A DNA stretch of 64,000 nt from an uncultured delta proteobacterium (GCA_963847445.1 CAWJZV010000007.1:288001-352000), one strand, 5' to 3'; counted from the first letter of the stretch, positions 1 to 9,775 are shown. The notes: generated from the sequence alone by a model not told the origin. Numbers and translations are program-made.

Positions 1-122
1 GCCATGACAAAACTATAGGCGCCAAGAATCACCACAGCGCCCAGCAAATCGCGCACCGACAACGCCGCGACGGCGAGAAACACCAGCACCAAAAGCAACC
101 ACGACTCGACTTGCCAAATCAT
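1..122 (-). CDS. Mrp/Mnh antiporter MnhB-associated subunit (DUF4040-like), 5' part, truncated by window edge
   Basis: Manual translation MIWQVESWLLLVLVFLAVAALSVRDLLGAVVILGAYSFVMA; ATG overlaps the mnhG stop (ATGA). Confidence 0.75.
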   Translation of the reverse strand, partial: MIWQVESWLLLVLVFLAVAALSVRDLLGAVVILGAYSFVM

Positions 123-427
123 CGCGGCGTCCCGTCGTGGTTTTTCCAAATAGCCACTCCCGAGCGAAACGCGGCGCGCATGAGCGCGTGGGTCGCCGTC
201 GGGTTGGTAATGAAAATAATAGCTAGGATCAAGAGAATCTTAACACTGGTCAAGTCCGAGCCATTATGCACCGCCAGTCCCCCGAGCACGAGCATACTCC
301 CCAAAGTTTCGGCTTTGCCCACCGCATGGGCGCGGGTATAGAAATCCGGCAAACGCAATAAGCCCAGGCAGCTTATCGCCAGAAATACACCGCCAATGAC
401 CATCAGCGTCACCGCCAGCCAGTTCAT
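119..427 (-). CDS. mnhG: Na+/H+ antiporter subunit G
   Basis: GLLRLPDFYTRAHAVGKAETLG and TNPTATHAL motifs typical of MnhG/PhaG. Confidence 0.92.
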   Translation of the reverse strand: MNWLAVTLMVIGGVFLAISCLGLLRLPDFYTRAHAVGKAETLGSMLVLGGLAVHNGSDLTSVKILLILAIIFITNPTATHALMRAAFRSGVAIWKNHDGTPR

Positions 428-696
428 GGGTTACCCTCGCGGTTATGCTCGAAATATTTCGCCAGGGCAACGACCCCAATAAAATTTAATAACGCGTAAG
501 TAAGGGCCAGATCGACGAACATATCCACGCGCTGGTACAAGACGCCAATCAGCACCAGCAACAACACCGCGTTGGTGCCGATCAAACCCGCGCCGATTAT
601 CCGGTCGAACACTGTTGGGCCAGCGGCGATACGGTACAAGCTGGCGCCGAACAGAAGCGCCACGAAGAGCGCGAAGCCAATGAAGAATTTATCCAT
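424..696 (-). CDS. mnhF: Na+/H+ antiporter subunit F
   Basis: RIAAGPTVFDRI...DLALTYALLNFIGVVALAKYF; GGAGG RBS before ATG at 696. Confidence 0.9.
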   Translation of the reverse strand: MDKFFIGFALFVALLFGASLYRIAAGPTVFDRIIGAGLIGTNAVLLLVLIGVLYQRVDMFVDLALTYALLNFIGVVALAKYFEHNREGNP

Positions 697-700
697 GACA

Positions 701-1255
701 TCAGCCTCCGGGCCGATCGATCCAGCGAACATCGGTCTCAGCCTCTTCGCGTTCGCCGAAAATCCGTTCTAACTTACTTTGCATCTTGGCGTCGAGTAAA
801 CTTTGAGCCGCTCCCGGCATCAAGGCGTGTACCGAGTAAACACCGTCGTCGAAATCCACGGTGATCGTACCCGGAGTAAGTGTAATCGAATTGGCCAAAA
901 TGATATGGCCGGTGCGATTGCGCAGCTTAGTGCGTAACAACAGCAAGCCGGGTTGTATCGGCATTTTCGGCTGGAGCACGATGTAGGCGACTTCCAGAGT
1001 GGACTGCACGATGCTCCACAAAAGCCAGAAAAAATACAAGACGAAGCGGCCCATGCCGGCAATTATCGAGTGCGGTTCGACCCTTGCCGCCGCTGCGGCG
1101 CCGTCCACGCGCATGAGGTCGCGCGTCAAAAACGATATCGTCGCCGCGCAAACCGCGCCGATGATTAGGTATTTGGCTTGAAAACGCCCCGACAGAACGA
1201 TCCAGAATCCGTACAGTGCGGCAAATCGCAAAATGTGCATCTTCGTGAGGCTCAA
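701..1255 (-). CDS. mnhE: Na+/H+ antiporter subunit E
   Basis: ILANSITLTPGTITVD signature. Confidence 0.92.
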   Translation of the reverse strand: MSLTKMHILRFAALYGFWIVLSGRFQAKYLIIGAVCAATISFLTRDLMRVDGAAAAARVEPHSIIAGMGRFVLYFFWLLWSIVQSTLEVAYIVLQPKMPIQPGLLLLRTKLRNRTGHIILANSITLTPGTITVDFDDGVYSVHALMPGAAQSLLDAKMQSKLERIFGEREEAETDVRWIDRPGG

Positions 1256-1259
1256 TCTC

Positions 1260-1464
1260 GCTGGCCTGATCGATGACCTGCACCCATCGACCGCACAGCA
1301 CCATCATGATGAAGTTCAACTTAGGCTGCAGCAATCGCACCGCATATTCAAGTCGGGAAAGTGCGCGGATTCGTCCGGCGCAGATTCTACCGCGACATCG
1401 TCAAGACCAATATAAAATTCCTTGGTGGTAGCAAAACATTTCTCATCTTGATCAGCGGAATCAT
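1260..1464 (-). pseudogene. Possible decayed universal stress protein remnant
   Basis: Fragments MIPLIKMRNVLLP (Usp-like first strand) and NFIMMVLCGR (like DLIVMGxHGR) in disrupted frames. Confidence 0.3.
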
Positions 1465-1505
1465 GCGCGACAGACTCTTCGCCACGCCGCCGCCAATTGT
1501 TCGCT

Positions 1506-1522
1506 AGCACTCTACAGGCCAA
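1506..1522 (-). promoter_or_regulatory. Putative sigma54 -24/-12 promoter upstream of the mnh operon
   Basis: TTGGCCTGTAGAGTGCT, GG-N10-GC. Confidence 0.45.
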
Positions 1523-1741
1523 CACGACGAATTCAATATCGTAAAAACGTGATCCGCTGGAGCAGACCGCCGGAGTGGCATGTTGCAGCGCAACGGGGAG
1601 CGAGAGCGATGGTCGCCAATCCTTGAAATGCGCACGCCGGTGGGACCATTTGCGCGAACCGTCATCGCTCGGGCGATAGCTGTCTGGCGAACCACCCTAT
1701 ACCAGGGTTGGTTCGAGGTAGGTGAAGAATTGACAGGGTGG

Positions 1742-2377
1742 CTAAAACGTCCCCTTGGCGCCGACCGATCGCACGAAGCGGTCGCGGCGATTCTTTTGCC
1801 AGCAAGTTTCCGTTGCATCCTGGCACACTGAAATTTCTTCACCGTAACTGATCGTCGATAACCGGTTCTCGGCCACTCCTAAAGACACCAGGTAGTCCTT
1901 GGCGGCTTGCGCTCGCTTCGCACCCAACGCCAGGTTGTATTCACTCGCCCCTCGTTCATCACAGTGCCCTTCGAGCTGCACCCGTACCGAAGGATTCTTT
2001 TTCAACCACTCAGCACTGGCGCGCAAAGTAGCGCGGTCGTCGTTATCAAGATTGTACCGGTCGAAGTCGAAATAAACCTCTTTCATCGCGCTGTCGCGTG
2101 GGGTGTCCGCCGCTTCGCCGCGCCGAAAGGCATCGAGGCTCGACCGATCTTGTTCACGACGCAAGGCACCGAAACTCGATCGGTCTTGTTCCCGGCGCAG
2201 GTTCTCGCTCGTCAGACCTTGTGGCTTTTGCGTCGCTGCGCGCGATTGTGCCGCGGGCGCCTGCGCGGATGAGGCCCCCGCGCTGGTTTTTCCTTGGTTT
2301 GAGCCGGCGCAAGCCGAAAGCGCCAGGGCTGACACAAAAAGCGAACCTTGAATAAGCCGATTTAGATGTTTTTCCAT
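1742..2377 (-). CDS. pal: Peptidoglycan-associated lipoprotein (OmpA-like C domain)
   Basis: Lipobox LSAC; VYFDFD, EGHCDERG, YNLALGAKRA, ISYGEE, NRR motifs; AGGAGG RBS. Confidence 0.92.
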   Translation of the reverse strand: MEKHLNRLIQGSLFVSALALSACAGSNQGKTSAGASSAQAPAAQSRAATQKPQGLTSENLRREQDRSSFGALRREQDRSSLDAFRRGEAADTPRDSAMKEVYFDFDRYNLDNDDRATLRASAEWLKKNPSVRVQLEGHCDERGASEYNLALGAKRAQAAKDYLVSLGVAENRLSTISYGEEISVCQDATETCWQKNRRDRFVRSVGAKGTF

Positions 2378-2518
2378 TTCCGATTCCTCCTTTTTGTTTT
2401 TGCATTGCTTCGATTTGAGCTCGCTATTGCCCTCGTCTGTTTTTGGACAGAGTTACGCCGCCACCAATTTTACCGCCAGCCGAACTCTGGAAAACCGCTT
2501 ACAAATAACCGTCTCATT

Positions 2519-3340
2519 TTATCCGTAACTGAGCTCGGTGCTGGAGATACTCACAAAATTGACCGTGACAACTTGGACACCAGGCATCATGGCTACTGTG
2601 CGCTGAACTTCTTCCTCCGACACCGCCGGTGATACGATTCCCGATAGTCTTACCGCTCCATCCTTTACCTCGACGTGAATGTTTGCTTTGCGCAGGTGCG
2701 GGTAAGTTAAGAGGTGAGCTTGAATCTTGGCCGTCAGTGCCAGATCGGTAAGCCGTTGCCGAGACTCGGCGGTGGCCTGATAGTCGCTTAGTTGCGCCGC
2801 TTGGGCGATCAAATGTTGCGCAGACGCGGCGCTTATTTGCGCCATGTTCAAGATCAGCGCGTATTGCCCCGGGTCGCGCCAGTCGGTGCCGAACAGAGCC
2901 ATCAGCCGGCGCGTGCGCGCCTTTTCCACCTGCTCGATGTAACGGCGCGCGGCTTTCGGGTCTAGGCCCTGGCGCTCGCGTACTTGCGCAACGCGATAGT
3001 CCGCCGGCGCCGTGAGCAAGACTCGTAGCACATGGCGAATATCGGGCAGCAAACCATGGCCGACGTGACCGTGGTAAACGATATCTTCAGCCAGCGCGGC
3101 TTCGGTCATCGCGGCCTGCAGCGCTATCTGGTAAGGTCGCAGATTTTCTTGCCAGCGCGCCCACCAATGCGGCTCTTTTTCCAAGATGTCGCTGAGTTTC
3201 GCTTCGGGCACCTCGCAGCGCTTGCTCGCCGCAAGCAATATTTCACGCCCGGCCAACCGGTACTCTAACGCGCGCGCGACATCGCGCGCGACCTGTTCGT
3301 CGTCGCCGAATGTGCCACCGAAAATGGTTATGATCGGCAT
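2519..3340 (-). CDS. Cytidylate kinase-like family protein with C-terminal BON domain
   Basis: IITIFGGTFG start, VLRVLLTAPADYRV, DWRDPGQYALILN; C-terminal IHVEVKDGAVRLSG BON pattern. Confidence 0.75.
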   Translation of the reverse strand: MPIITIFGGTFGDDEQVARDVARALEYRLAGREILLAASKRCEVPEAKLSDILEKEPHWWARWQENLRPYQIALQAAMTEAALAEDIVYHGHVGHGLLPDIRHVLRVLLTAPADYRVAQVRERQGLDPKAARRYIEQVEKARTRRLMALFGTDWRDPGQYALILNMAQISAASAQHLIAQAAQLSDYQATAESRQRLTDLALTAKIQAHLLTYPHLRKANIHVEVKDGAVRLSGIVSPAVSEEEVQRTVAMMPGVQVVTVNFVSISSTELSYG

Positions 3341-3389
3341 GGGAATGTCCCTCCAGTGCTTGTAATTGTTGCCACTGACCATTGGCGAC

Positions 3390-3473
3390 TTATTGCTCCG
3401 GCAGGGGGCCGGCACCGACGATCTTCTTAAAAAATCGCGACAATCTCTGGGTCACTCTTTTCGTAGTCATCAC
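3390..3473 (-). pseudogene. Collapsed tctC remnant (RBS/start joined to a TctC-like C-terminus)
   Basis: AAGGAGG RBS plus GTGATG, then DPEIVAIF/KKIVGAGPLPEQ*, resembling the neighbouring TctC end DPETVGLFNKLAGPGPLPAR*. Confidence 0.55.
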
Positions 3474-3571
3474 TATCCTCCTTGATTTACCGAATACCTT
3501 GGCTGAAACATGGCTCCGTGGCAAAAATCCTCTTAATGCATTGAGATCGGACGCAGCCCCGCCGCGTCGTG

Positions 3572-3683
3572 GCTTATCGTCGAAATGCGCTGCGCGGCGA
3601 TACTGAGGCTGGTCAAAATAGTCTTTTGCCGCTTGCGCCCGCATGGCACCGATTTCCAGATTATTCCGTGGTGCCGCGCCCAT
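3572..3683 (-). pseudogene. Second pal fragment
   Basis: NNLEIGAMRAQAAKDY then (frameshift) LTSLSIAAQRISTIS, matching Pal YNLALGAKRAQAAKDYLVSLGVAENRLSTIS. Confidence 0.7.
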
Positions 3684-3686
3684 TTA

Positions 3687-4154
3687 TCAGTAGCCAATCA
3701 ACAAACCCGCTGGCCAGCGGGTCTCCAATATGAATTCAAACAGACCCCAGATGAGCAAATAAGCGCAGGCTGCCATGACCAGAGCGATAAACCATTTCTC
3801 TCCGCCCTCGACGAGCGCGTAGAGAAATACCAACAGTGGTAAAGTGATGACAATGCCTAAGAGCCAGATGCCCAGCGCGCCGCCGATGAACCAAGCGAAG
3901 AACAAGAGCGTGCGTCGGCGCGCGGTCGCTATATCCAACTGGACGACGCTCACTTGATCCATATCCATACCGGCGACGCTCTTGCCGGATTCCCACCCGG
4001 TCATTTCACGAAATAGTTGGATCGAGATCATAATCAGTCCAGGGATGGCGGCGACGTAGACGGGCATGATCTTAGCGATGTCGGGCCACTTCCAACCGGT
4101 CACCGCCGCTCCGGTAAAAATACTTAAAAGAAAAAGCGCAAAATTAGCTTTCAT
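3687..4154 (-). CDS. tctB: Tripartite tricarboxylate transporter small permease TctB
   Basis: About 155 aa, 4 hydrophobic segments, C-terminal LFEFILETRWPAG; overlaps the tctA stop. Confidence 0.78.
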   Translation of the reverse strand: MKANFALFLLSIFTGAAVTGWKWPDIAKIMPVYVAAIPGLIMISIQLFREMTGWESGKSVAGMDMDQVSVVQLDIATARRRTLLFFAWFIGGALGIWLLGIVITLPLLVFLYALVEGGEKWFIALVMAACAYLLIWGLFEFILETRWPAGLLIGY

Positions 4155-5685
4155 CCGCCGACCTCGCGATGGCGCCTTTAAATGTCGCTGAAGAGTCTTC
4201 GACGCGAGCGCGCATCTTGCCGCGCAGAGTAAAGAAGAGCGAAACCGCGGCGATCATGAAAATAACGATCACCGCCGGTCGGCCCATCCAGCTAAAACCA
4301 TAACTCGCCACCGAACGATAAAGATATTTCTCCATCAGATCGCCGAGCACCAGTCCGAGAATCATCGCCGGGCGGGGATAACCGGCATGGCGCATGAAGT
4401 AGCCGAGAATGCCGAACGCCACCAGGACAACGAGATCCAAGGGATCGCGGTTGACGCTGAAGGCGCCCATCAGAATGAACACGAACATGATCGGGACCAT
4501 GAAGGTGTAGCGCACCTCGGCGAGCTTGGCGAGTTGACTGGCGAGGCAAAAACCGATGAGCGTGCCGGTGATGCCGGCGAATCCTTGGATCCACACGACA
4601 CTATAAATCAACTCCGGACTTTTCTTGATCATTTCCGGGCCCGGCACAAAGCCCCAGGCGAGCAATGCGACAATAAACAATGCGGTGCTCACGCCCTGGG
4701 GAAATCCCAACAGTAAGGTAGTCACTAAATCACCGCCGTCTTTGGCGTCGTTGGCGCTCTCTGGCGCGATCACGCCGCGGACATCGCCGGTGCCGAAAGT
4801 TTCTCGCCCGCCTTTGCAACTCTGCGCGGCGTGGCCGTAGGCGAGCCAATCAACCACTTGGGAGCCAAGACCGGGAACGATGCCGACCCACACGCCGACG
4901 AAACTACAGCGCACGACGAGCCACCACTCGCGGAGCGTATCCTTGATGCCGTCGAACAGACTGCCTTTGAGCGGCACAGCCTGCTGTTCGACGCCGAGCT
5001 TGGTTAAAGCGAGATCGAGTGCCGACGGCACACCAAAAAGCGCCAGCGCCATTATGCTGATCGACATGCCGTCGAGCAGATAGGGCTGGTCGAAAACGAA
5101 ACGCATGACGCCGCTCTGGGCCTGCTGGCCGATGGTTGCGAGCAGGAGTCCGAATGCAGTGGCGATAAGTCCCTTGAGCGGGCGACTGCCGGCGAGCACG
5201 GCGACCATGCTCAAGCCCCACAGCATGATGACGAACAGCTCCGGCGAGCCCATCAGGTAGATTAGCGGCTTGGCGGCAGGAATCGCGAATATGAGCGTGA
5301 AGGTGCCGATCAAACAGCCCATGCCGCCTGCCATGAACGAGGCGCCGAGGGCGCGCCGTCCCTCGCCCTTCTTACCCATCGGGTAACCGTCGAGCACCGT
5401 CGCTTGCGAGCCAGAGCCGCCGGGGATGCCGAAGAGGATCGGCAGATAGGCAGCGCAGATCGCGCTCACCGAGCTGGCGCCAATCAGCAGCGCGATGCCG
5501 GTGAGCGGCTCCCACTTGATCACCACCGGCAGTAAGATCGCGTAGACCAACGGTATGCCCAAGCCTTGCGGCGCAACGGCGGTGAAAGTGCCGATGCTGA
5601 CGCCGATCATCATGGCGAAGAAGACTTTTAGTTGAAGGATGTTTAAGAAGCCTTTAATGGCGGCGTCGAATAGCGATGGTTCCAA
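4144..5685 (-). CDS. tctA: Tripartite tricarboxylate transporter large permease TctA
   Basis: ILFGIPGGSGSQATVLDGYPMGKKGEG, GVWVGIVPGLG, GVIAPESANDA; likely TTG start at 5685 after AAGGAG. Confidence 0.92.
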   Translation of the reverse strand: MEPSLFDAAIKGFLNILQLKVFFAMMIGVSIGTFTAVAPQGLGIPLVYAILLPVVIKWEPLTGIALLIGASSVSAICAAYLPILFGIPGGSGSQATVLDGYPMGKKGEGRRALGASFMAGGMGCLIGTFTLIFAIPAAKPLIYLMGSPELFVIMLWGLSMVAVLAGSRPLKGLIATAFGLLLATIGQQAQSGVMRFVFDQPYLLDGMSISIMALALFGVPSALDLALTKLGVEQQAVPLKGSLFDGIKDTLREWWLVVRCSFVGVWVGIVPGLGSQVVDWLAYGHAAQSCKGGRETFGTGDVRGVIAPESANDAKDGGDLVTTLLLGFPQGVSTALFIVALLAWGFVPGPEMIKKSPELIYSVVWIQGFAGITGTLIGFCLASQLAKLAEVRYTFMVPIMFVFILMGAFSVNRDPLDLVVLVAFGILGYFMRHAGYPRPAMILGLVLGDLMEKYLYRSVASYGFSWMGRPAVIVIFMIAAVSLFFTLRGKMRARVEDSSATFKGAIARSADES

Positions 5686-5790
5686 TTGCCAAAGCTCCTT
5701 ATGCCTCATTGAGCCATTTGACGACTGGTACACCCCGTGAGAGCACCCACAATCCAACGTCTTCTCGGAAAAATTAACAACCGCGCGGAT

Positions 5791-6861
5791 CTAGCGCGCT
5801 GGCAACGGCTCTGCTCCCGATAATTTTCTCAGCAATCCAAGCGTCTCCGCGTCGCGCGGGATATTGGCGATCACTCTGGTCAGCTCATCCGCCGCCAACG
5901 GCGAAATGTCGTCGGCGACGATTTTCTTAAAGTACGTGGCGAACTCAGGGTCGGCGAGGGTTTTTCGCATCGCCGCCTTGAGCACGTCGACACGCGCTTT
6001 CGGAGTGCCAGGCGGCAAGATGTACGGCGAGCCCACACCGCGAAAGGCGCGCCATACGCTTAGCAGCTTCTTTTCTCTGTCATTTTTGGCAAAGCTTTCA
6101 ATCTCTGGCAGGTGGCCGAGTACTGGATGTTTCTCGCCCTTGGGAGTTTCCATGATGGAGTGAAAATTCATCACACCCTTGGCAAACCAATCCGGATTGC
6201 GGCGCAACACCGATGTCGCGTTATTGGCCCGCGCGTCGAGCTCGCCGCTCACCAACGCCACGTCAACCTCGCGTGAACTGTAGCCGACGATGAAATTGGG
6301 ATCTTTCATGCCGAGAAAATATGCAAACAGCCGCCCCGCGACATACGACACATGACCGATGGTCTGGCCGCCGATCCGAATAGCGCTGGCGGCCCGAAGC
6401 TTTTCTAAACTGTCGAATCCGAGTTCCCGCCTCGTGTAAATCACCGCGTGGTTTTCGTTCTCCGGCGTACCGAGATAAATGAACCTGTCCGGATCATAGG
6501 ACACGCCCTTTTCGCCCGTGATCGCCAGTCCGACGATCGCGCCGCTCGCCGCGCCGATTGTCAGACCGTCGGGGCGAACCGAGTGGTAAAGGTGATTCGC
6601 CCCCTTGCGACCACCGCCGCCGTCCATATACTCGATGATGACCGTTGGATTACCGGGAATATGTTTTTTCAAGAACGGCATCACGGCCTTTACACGAAGA
6701 TCCCCCGTGCCCCCTGGGGCGGTGGTGGCCAGGAGGGTTATCGTCTTGCCTGCGTAAAAATTCTCCTCGCAGTTAGCAACATTCGACAGCAGACCGATCG
6801 GCACCCCGAATAGCAGCATGGTTTGGATGCAACATTTCATTATGCATCTAGCGATCATCAT
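5791..6861 (-). CDS. tctC: TTT substrate-binding protein (TctC/Bug family)
   Basis: FYAGKTI...PGGTGD...KHIPGNPTVIIEYMDGGGG...PDGLTIG. Confidence 0.88.
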   Translation of the reverse strand: MMIARCIMKCCIQTMLLFGVPIGLLSNVANCEENFYAGKTITLLATTAPGGTGDLRVKAVMPFLKKHIPGNPTVIIEYMDGGGGRKGANHLYHSVRPDGLTIGAASGAIVGLAITGEKGVSYDPDRFIYLGTPENENHAVIYTRRELGFDSLEKLRAASAIRIGGQTIGHVSYVAGRLFAYFLGMKDPNFIVGYSSREVDVALVSGELDARANNATSVLRRNPDWFAKGVMNFHSIMETPKGEKHPVLGHLPEIESFAKNDREKKLLSVWRAFRGVGSPYILPPGTPKARVDVLKAAMRKTLADPEFATYFKKIVADDISPLAADELTRVIANIPRDAETLGLLRKLSGAEPLPAR

Positions 6862-6917
6862 CGACCTCCTTGTATGCGCCATCGAACTGAACGGCTGTAA
6901 CGATTTGAACTGCATCG

Positions 6918-7988
6918 CTATCGCGCCGGCAACGGTCCAGGGCCGGCGAGTTTGTTGAAAAGTCCAACCGTCTCCGGATCGCGCGGCAATTCTCGAATCG
7001 CTCTTTGATTTTCTTCCGGGAAAAGCGGTGAAGGATCGTCGCCTACTAGCTTTCTGTACTCTTTGCTAAATTCCGGATCTTTAAACGTCTTGGTGACGGC
7101 CTGGGTAAGTAATTCCAACCGGTCCGCGGGAGTCCGCGGTGGCGCAAAAAACGGCGAACCCGTGAGCCGCAGATTGCGAAACATCGCGATCACTTTGCGC
7201 TCTCTTTCCGATTTGGCAAATATTTCCAAATCCGCTAGGTGACCGAATTGCGGATGCTTTAAATCTTTGGGAACCGCCAATAATAAGTGAAGATCGACCT
7301 GCTGCTTGTTTACCCACTCCATGTTGCGGATCAGATGATCGTCGGCTGTACCGATCGCATCGATCTCGCCCCGCATAAGCGCTACGTCGCGTTCAGGAGT
7401 CGAGTAACCCGTGACAAAGTTGGGTTCTTTCAGCGACGCCATCCAGGCGAAAACTCTGCCGATGTTATAGATCGTATGGCCGACGGACTGAGCGCCAATG
7501 CGCAGCCCGGAGGCTGACCGCAATTTATCTCGATCCGTGATTCCCGCCTCCCGGCGGGTCAAGAAGATATAATGCGTGGAACTATAGGGGGAGCCGAGAA
7601 ATATCAGCTTGTCGAGATCATACTGAACCCCGGTTTCACCGAGCACCGCGCTGGCCACCATGCCACCACCGCTGTTGCCGAGGGTCAATCCGTCCGGCGC
7701 CGCCGATCCGAAAATATAATTTGCCGCCTTACGTCCACCGCCCCCGGGCATGAACTCATGAATTATCGTCGGGTTGCCAGGGATGTATTTTTGCAGAAAC
7801 GGAACCATGGATCGGACGCGCAGGTCACCCGAACCACCGGCATTGCGTCCGTGAATGATCCTAATGGTCTTGCCCTTGTAGAAGGGTTCCTGCGCTTGAG
7901 TGAATCCTGGAGCAATCAAACATAAAACCACAAGAGCGATGATCGGAACTTTTATCGAGGCTTTATAGAGATCATCTTTTGTTGCCAT
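6918..7988 (-). CDS. tctC: TTT substrate-binding protein (TctC/Bug family)
   Basis: FYKGKTIRII...GGSGD...IPGNPTIIHEFMPGGGG...APDGLTLG. Confidence 0.88.
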   Translation of the reverse strand: MATKDDLYKASIKVPIIALVVLCLIAPGFTQAQEPFYKGKTIRIIHGRNAGGSGDLRVRSMVPFLQKYIPGNPTIIHEFMPGGGGRKAANYIFGSAAPDGLTLGNSGGGMVASAVLGETGVQYDLDKLIFLGSPYSSTHYIFLTRREAGITDRDKLRSASGLRIGAQSVGHTIYNIGRVFAWMASLKEPNFVTGYSTPERDVALMRGEIDAIGTADDHLIRNMEWVNKQQVDLHLLLAVPKDLKHPQFGHLADLEIFAKSERERKVIAMFRNLRLTGSPFFAPPRTPADRLELLTQAVTKTFKDPEFSKEYRKLVGDDPSPLFPEENQRAIRELPRDPETVGLFNKLAGPGPLPAR

Positions 7989-8104
7989 CGCGGTTCTCCT
8001 TAGCGATACTTCTTGCTAATTTCTGATCCCCGGTAGATTAAACGTTATTTAAAAGTTTCCTTGCTTCGCTACGAGCGGAACGCAGATAATACTCTTAACG
8101 TTGC

Positions 8105-8246
8105 GCTCGCCGTCGGGATTGCGATCGCCGGATTGCCGGGGATATGCTTCCTCATGTGACGGGCGATGAGCTTTAGTAAAGATCGTAGCCGCCGCCCAGT
8201 GCGAGGCCCGACAATCAGACGGATCGAATTACCGTGTAATAAACTG
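8105..8246 (-). pseudogene. Decayed tctC N-terminal fragment
   Basis: Broken frames read HGNSIRLIVG / LALGGGYDLY* / LIARHMRKHIPGNPAIA. Confidence 0.75.
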
Positions 8247-8587
8247 CTTGGGCGCCGGCGGAAATCACTCGCGCGTCATGCCGAGCGAGAATCACCATCG
8301 CAAACAGCAGCCGCATTCTTACTATGCGCATATCGCCCCCTGTAATCCCCCGAGCTATTATCCTCACTGTCCCAACAGATTATCCGTCGATCACAGCCGC
8401 GCGCAGCCAATTCTAAAGACGCCGAATCATCAACCGTCATTAATATCCAAGTGCGTTATTTCACGAGCGCAGCGAGTACTCTCGTCTCTGCAAGATTTTC
8501 CAGAGCGGGACTCGGTGCGCATTGCACCCCGCCGTTCGGACGAAGTCACTCTGCGATTGCTCCTGTTGGGGCGCGAAGTAATTTGCC

Positions 8588-9625
8588 TTACGACTTTACC
8601 TTACGGACCAAGAACGAAAGACTCTCTTTCGCTTCCGCCGACATCGACAGCACCTCGTCGACGAGCTTTTCAGTTTTTTCGCCTGAAACCGCGGTGATAA
8701 TGAGTTTCGATTTCTTCGCCTCGGCAAGCAGCTCGGGATCTTTGAGCGTTTGAGCCAAGGCTGTGCGCAAGATAGCTAACCGCTCCTTTGGCGTTCCCGG
8801 CGCGACGGTAAACGGCCGCTGGAAGTCCATCTGCGACTCCCACGCTCGGTAGATCGCGTACTTTTTCGGATCCTTGATGACATCCTTGAGCAACGGCAGG
8901 CCTTTGACCTCCGGATCGTCCCAACGCTCCGCAATGACAAAGGGGATGAGTTTGTCGTCGCCTTGCGCATCGAGCATGGCTCGCGCCGTCACCCGCATGG
9001 ATTCCCACTGCGAGCAGAAGGCGTTGATTTCGTGTTTCTGTAACGCCACCCGCGTGGTCGCCGTGCCGGTGAATCCGCTGACGACCTCAAACTTGGTTCC
9101 CAGAGTTTTGTTGAGAATCAGCGGCAGGTCATAACCCGCAGAACCGGCCCGAGTGGCGCCCGCCTTTAAAGGCTTTTGATAGCTGAGGACGTCATCCAAA
9201 GTTTTTAGCCCGGTAAAACCCATGACCATGCACACGGGCACGCCGACGCTTGGCGCGCCAACCCAGCCAAGTTTGCGGAAATCAATTTTTATGCGCGGGT
9301 CGCTCAAGGCACTCTGGACTACCAGCGAATTGTTGAAAATCACCACGGTAAGTCCGTCAGCGTTCGCCTGCCTGTACACGTAATTAGCCGAGATCAAGCT
9401 GCCAGCGCCTTCCATATTCTCCACGGTGGTGGCGGGCTTGCCGGGAATGTGTTTGCTGAAATGGCGCGCGATCGTGCGCACATAGGTATCGTAGCCGCCG
9501 CCGGGTGCTTGGCCGACGATGAAGCGAATGTTTTTGCCTTTATAAAAATCCTCCGCCCAAGCCGCAGGGTTATGGAGAGCAAGTAGGCCGTATAGCAGGA
9601 CCGTGCGTCGCAAAATCGATTTCAT
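8588..9625 (-). CDS. tctC: TTT substrate-binding protein (TctC/Bug family)
   Basis: FYKGKNIRFIVGQAPGGGYDTYVR...VENMEGAGS; AGGAGG RBS before ATG 9625. Confidence 0.9.
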   Translation of the reverse strand: MKSILRRTVLLYGLLALHNPAAWAEDFYKGKNIRFIVGQAPGGGYDTYVRTIARHFSKHIPGKPATTVENMEGAGSLISANYVYRQANADGLTVVIFNNSLVVQSALSDPRIKIDFRKLGWVGAPSVGVPVCMVMGFTGLKTLDDVLSYQKPLKAGATRAGSAGYDLPLILNKTLGTKFEVVSGFTGTATTRVALQKHEINAFCSQWESMRVTARAMLDAQGDDKLIPFVIAERWDDPEVKGLPLLKDVIKDPKKYAIYRAWESQMDFQRPFTVAPGTPKERLAILRTALAQTLKDPELLAEAKKSKLIITAVSGEKTEKLVDEVLSMSAEAKESLSFLVRKVKS

Positions 9626-9775
9626 ATTGCGTATTCCTCCTGTTCGAAAATCACCAAGACAAAACAGCATAACCGCGCTGCGTAGAATCAAGCTCATATT
9701 TAGCCCTCCCTATGCAGGATGGGTTCGGTGACTTGTTTCCGTCTTGTCATGCCGACACGCCCGCGAACAATTGAA

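Noticed and set aside
2461-2480. Sigma54-like promoter before pal (CTGGCGGTAAAATTGGT)
   Set aside because: The -12 GC is replaced by GG; too weak to call
8248-8697. 149-aa intergenic ORF
   Set aside because: No RBS or motifs, overlaps the tctC end, covers repeat-like DNA
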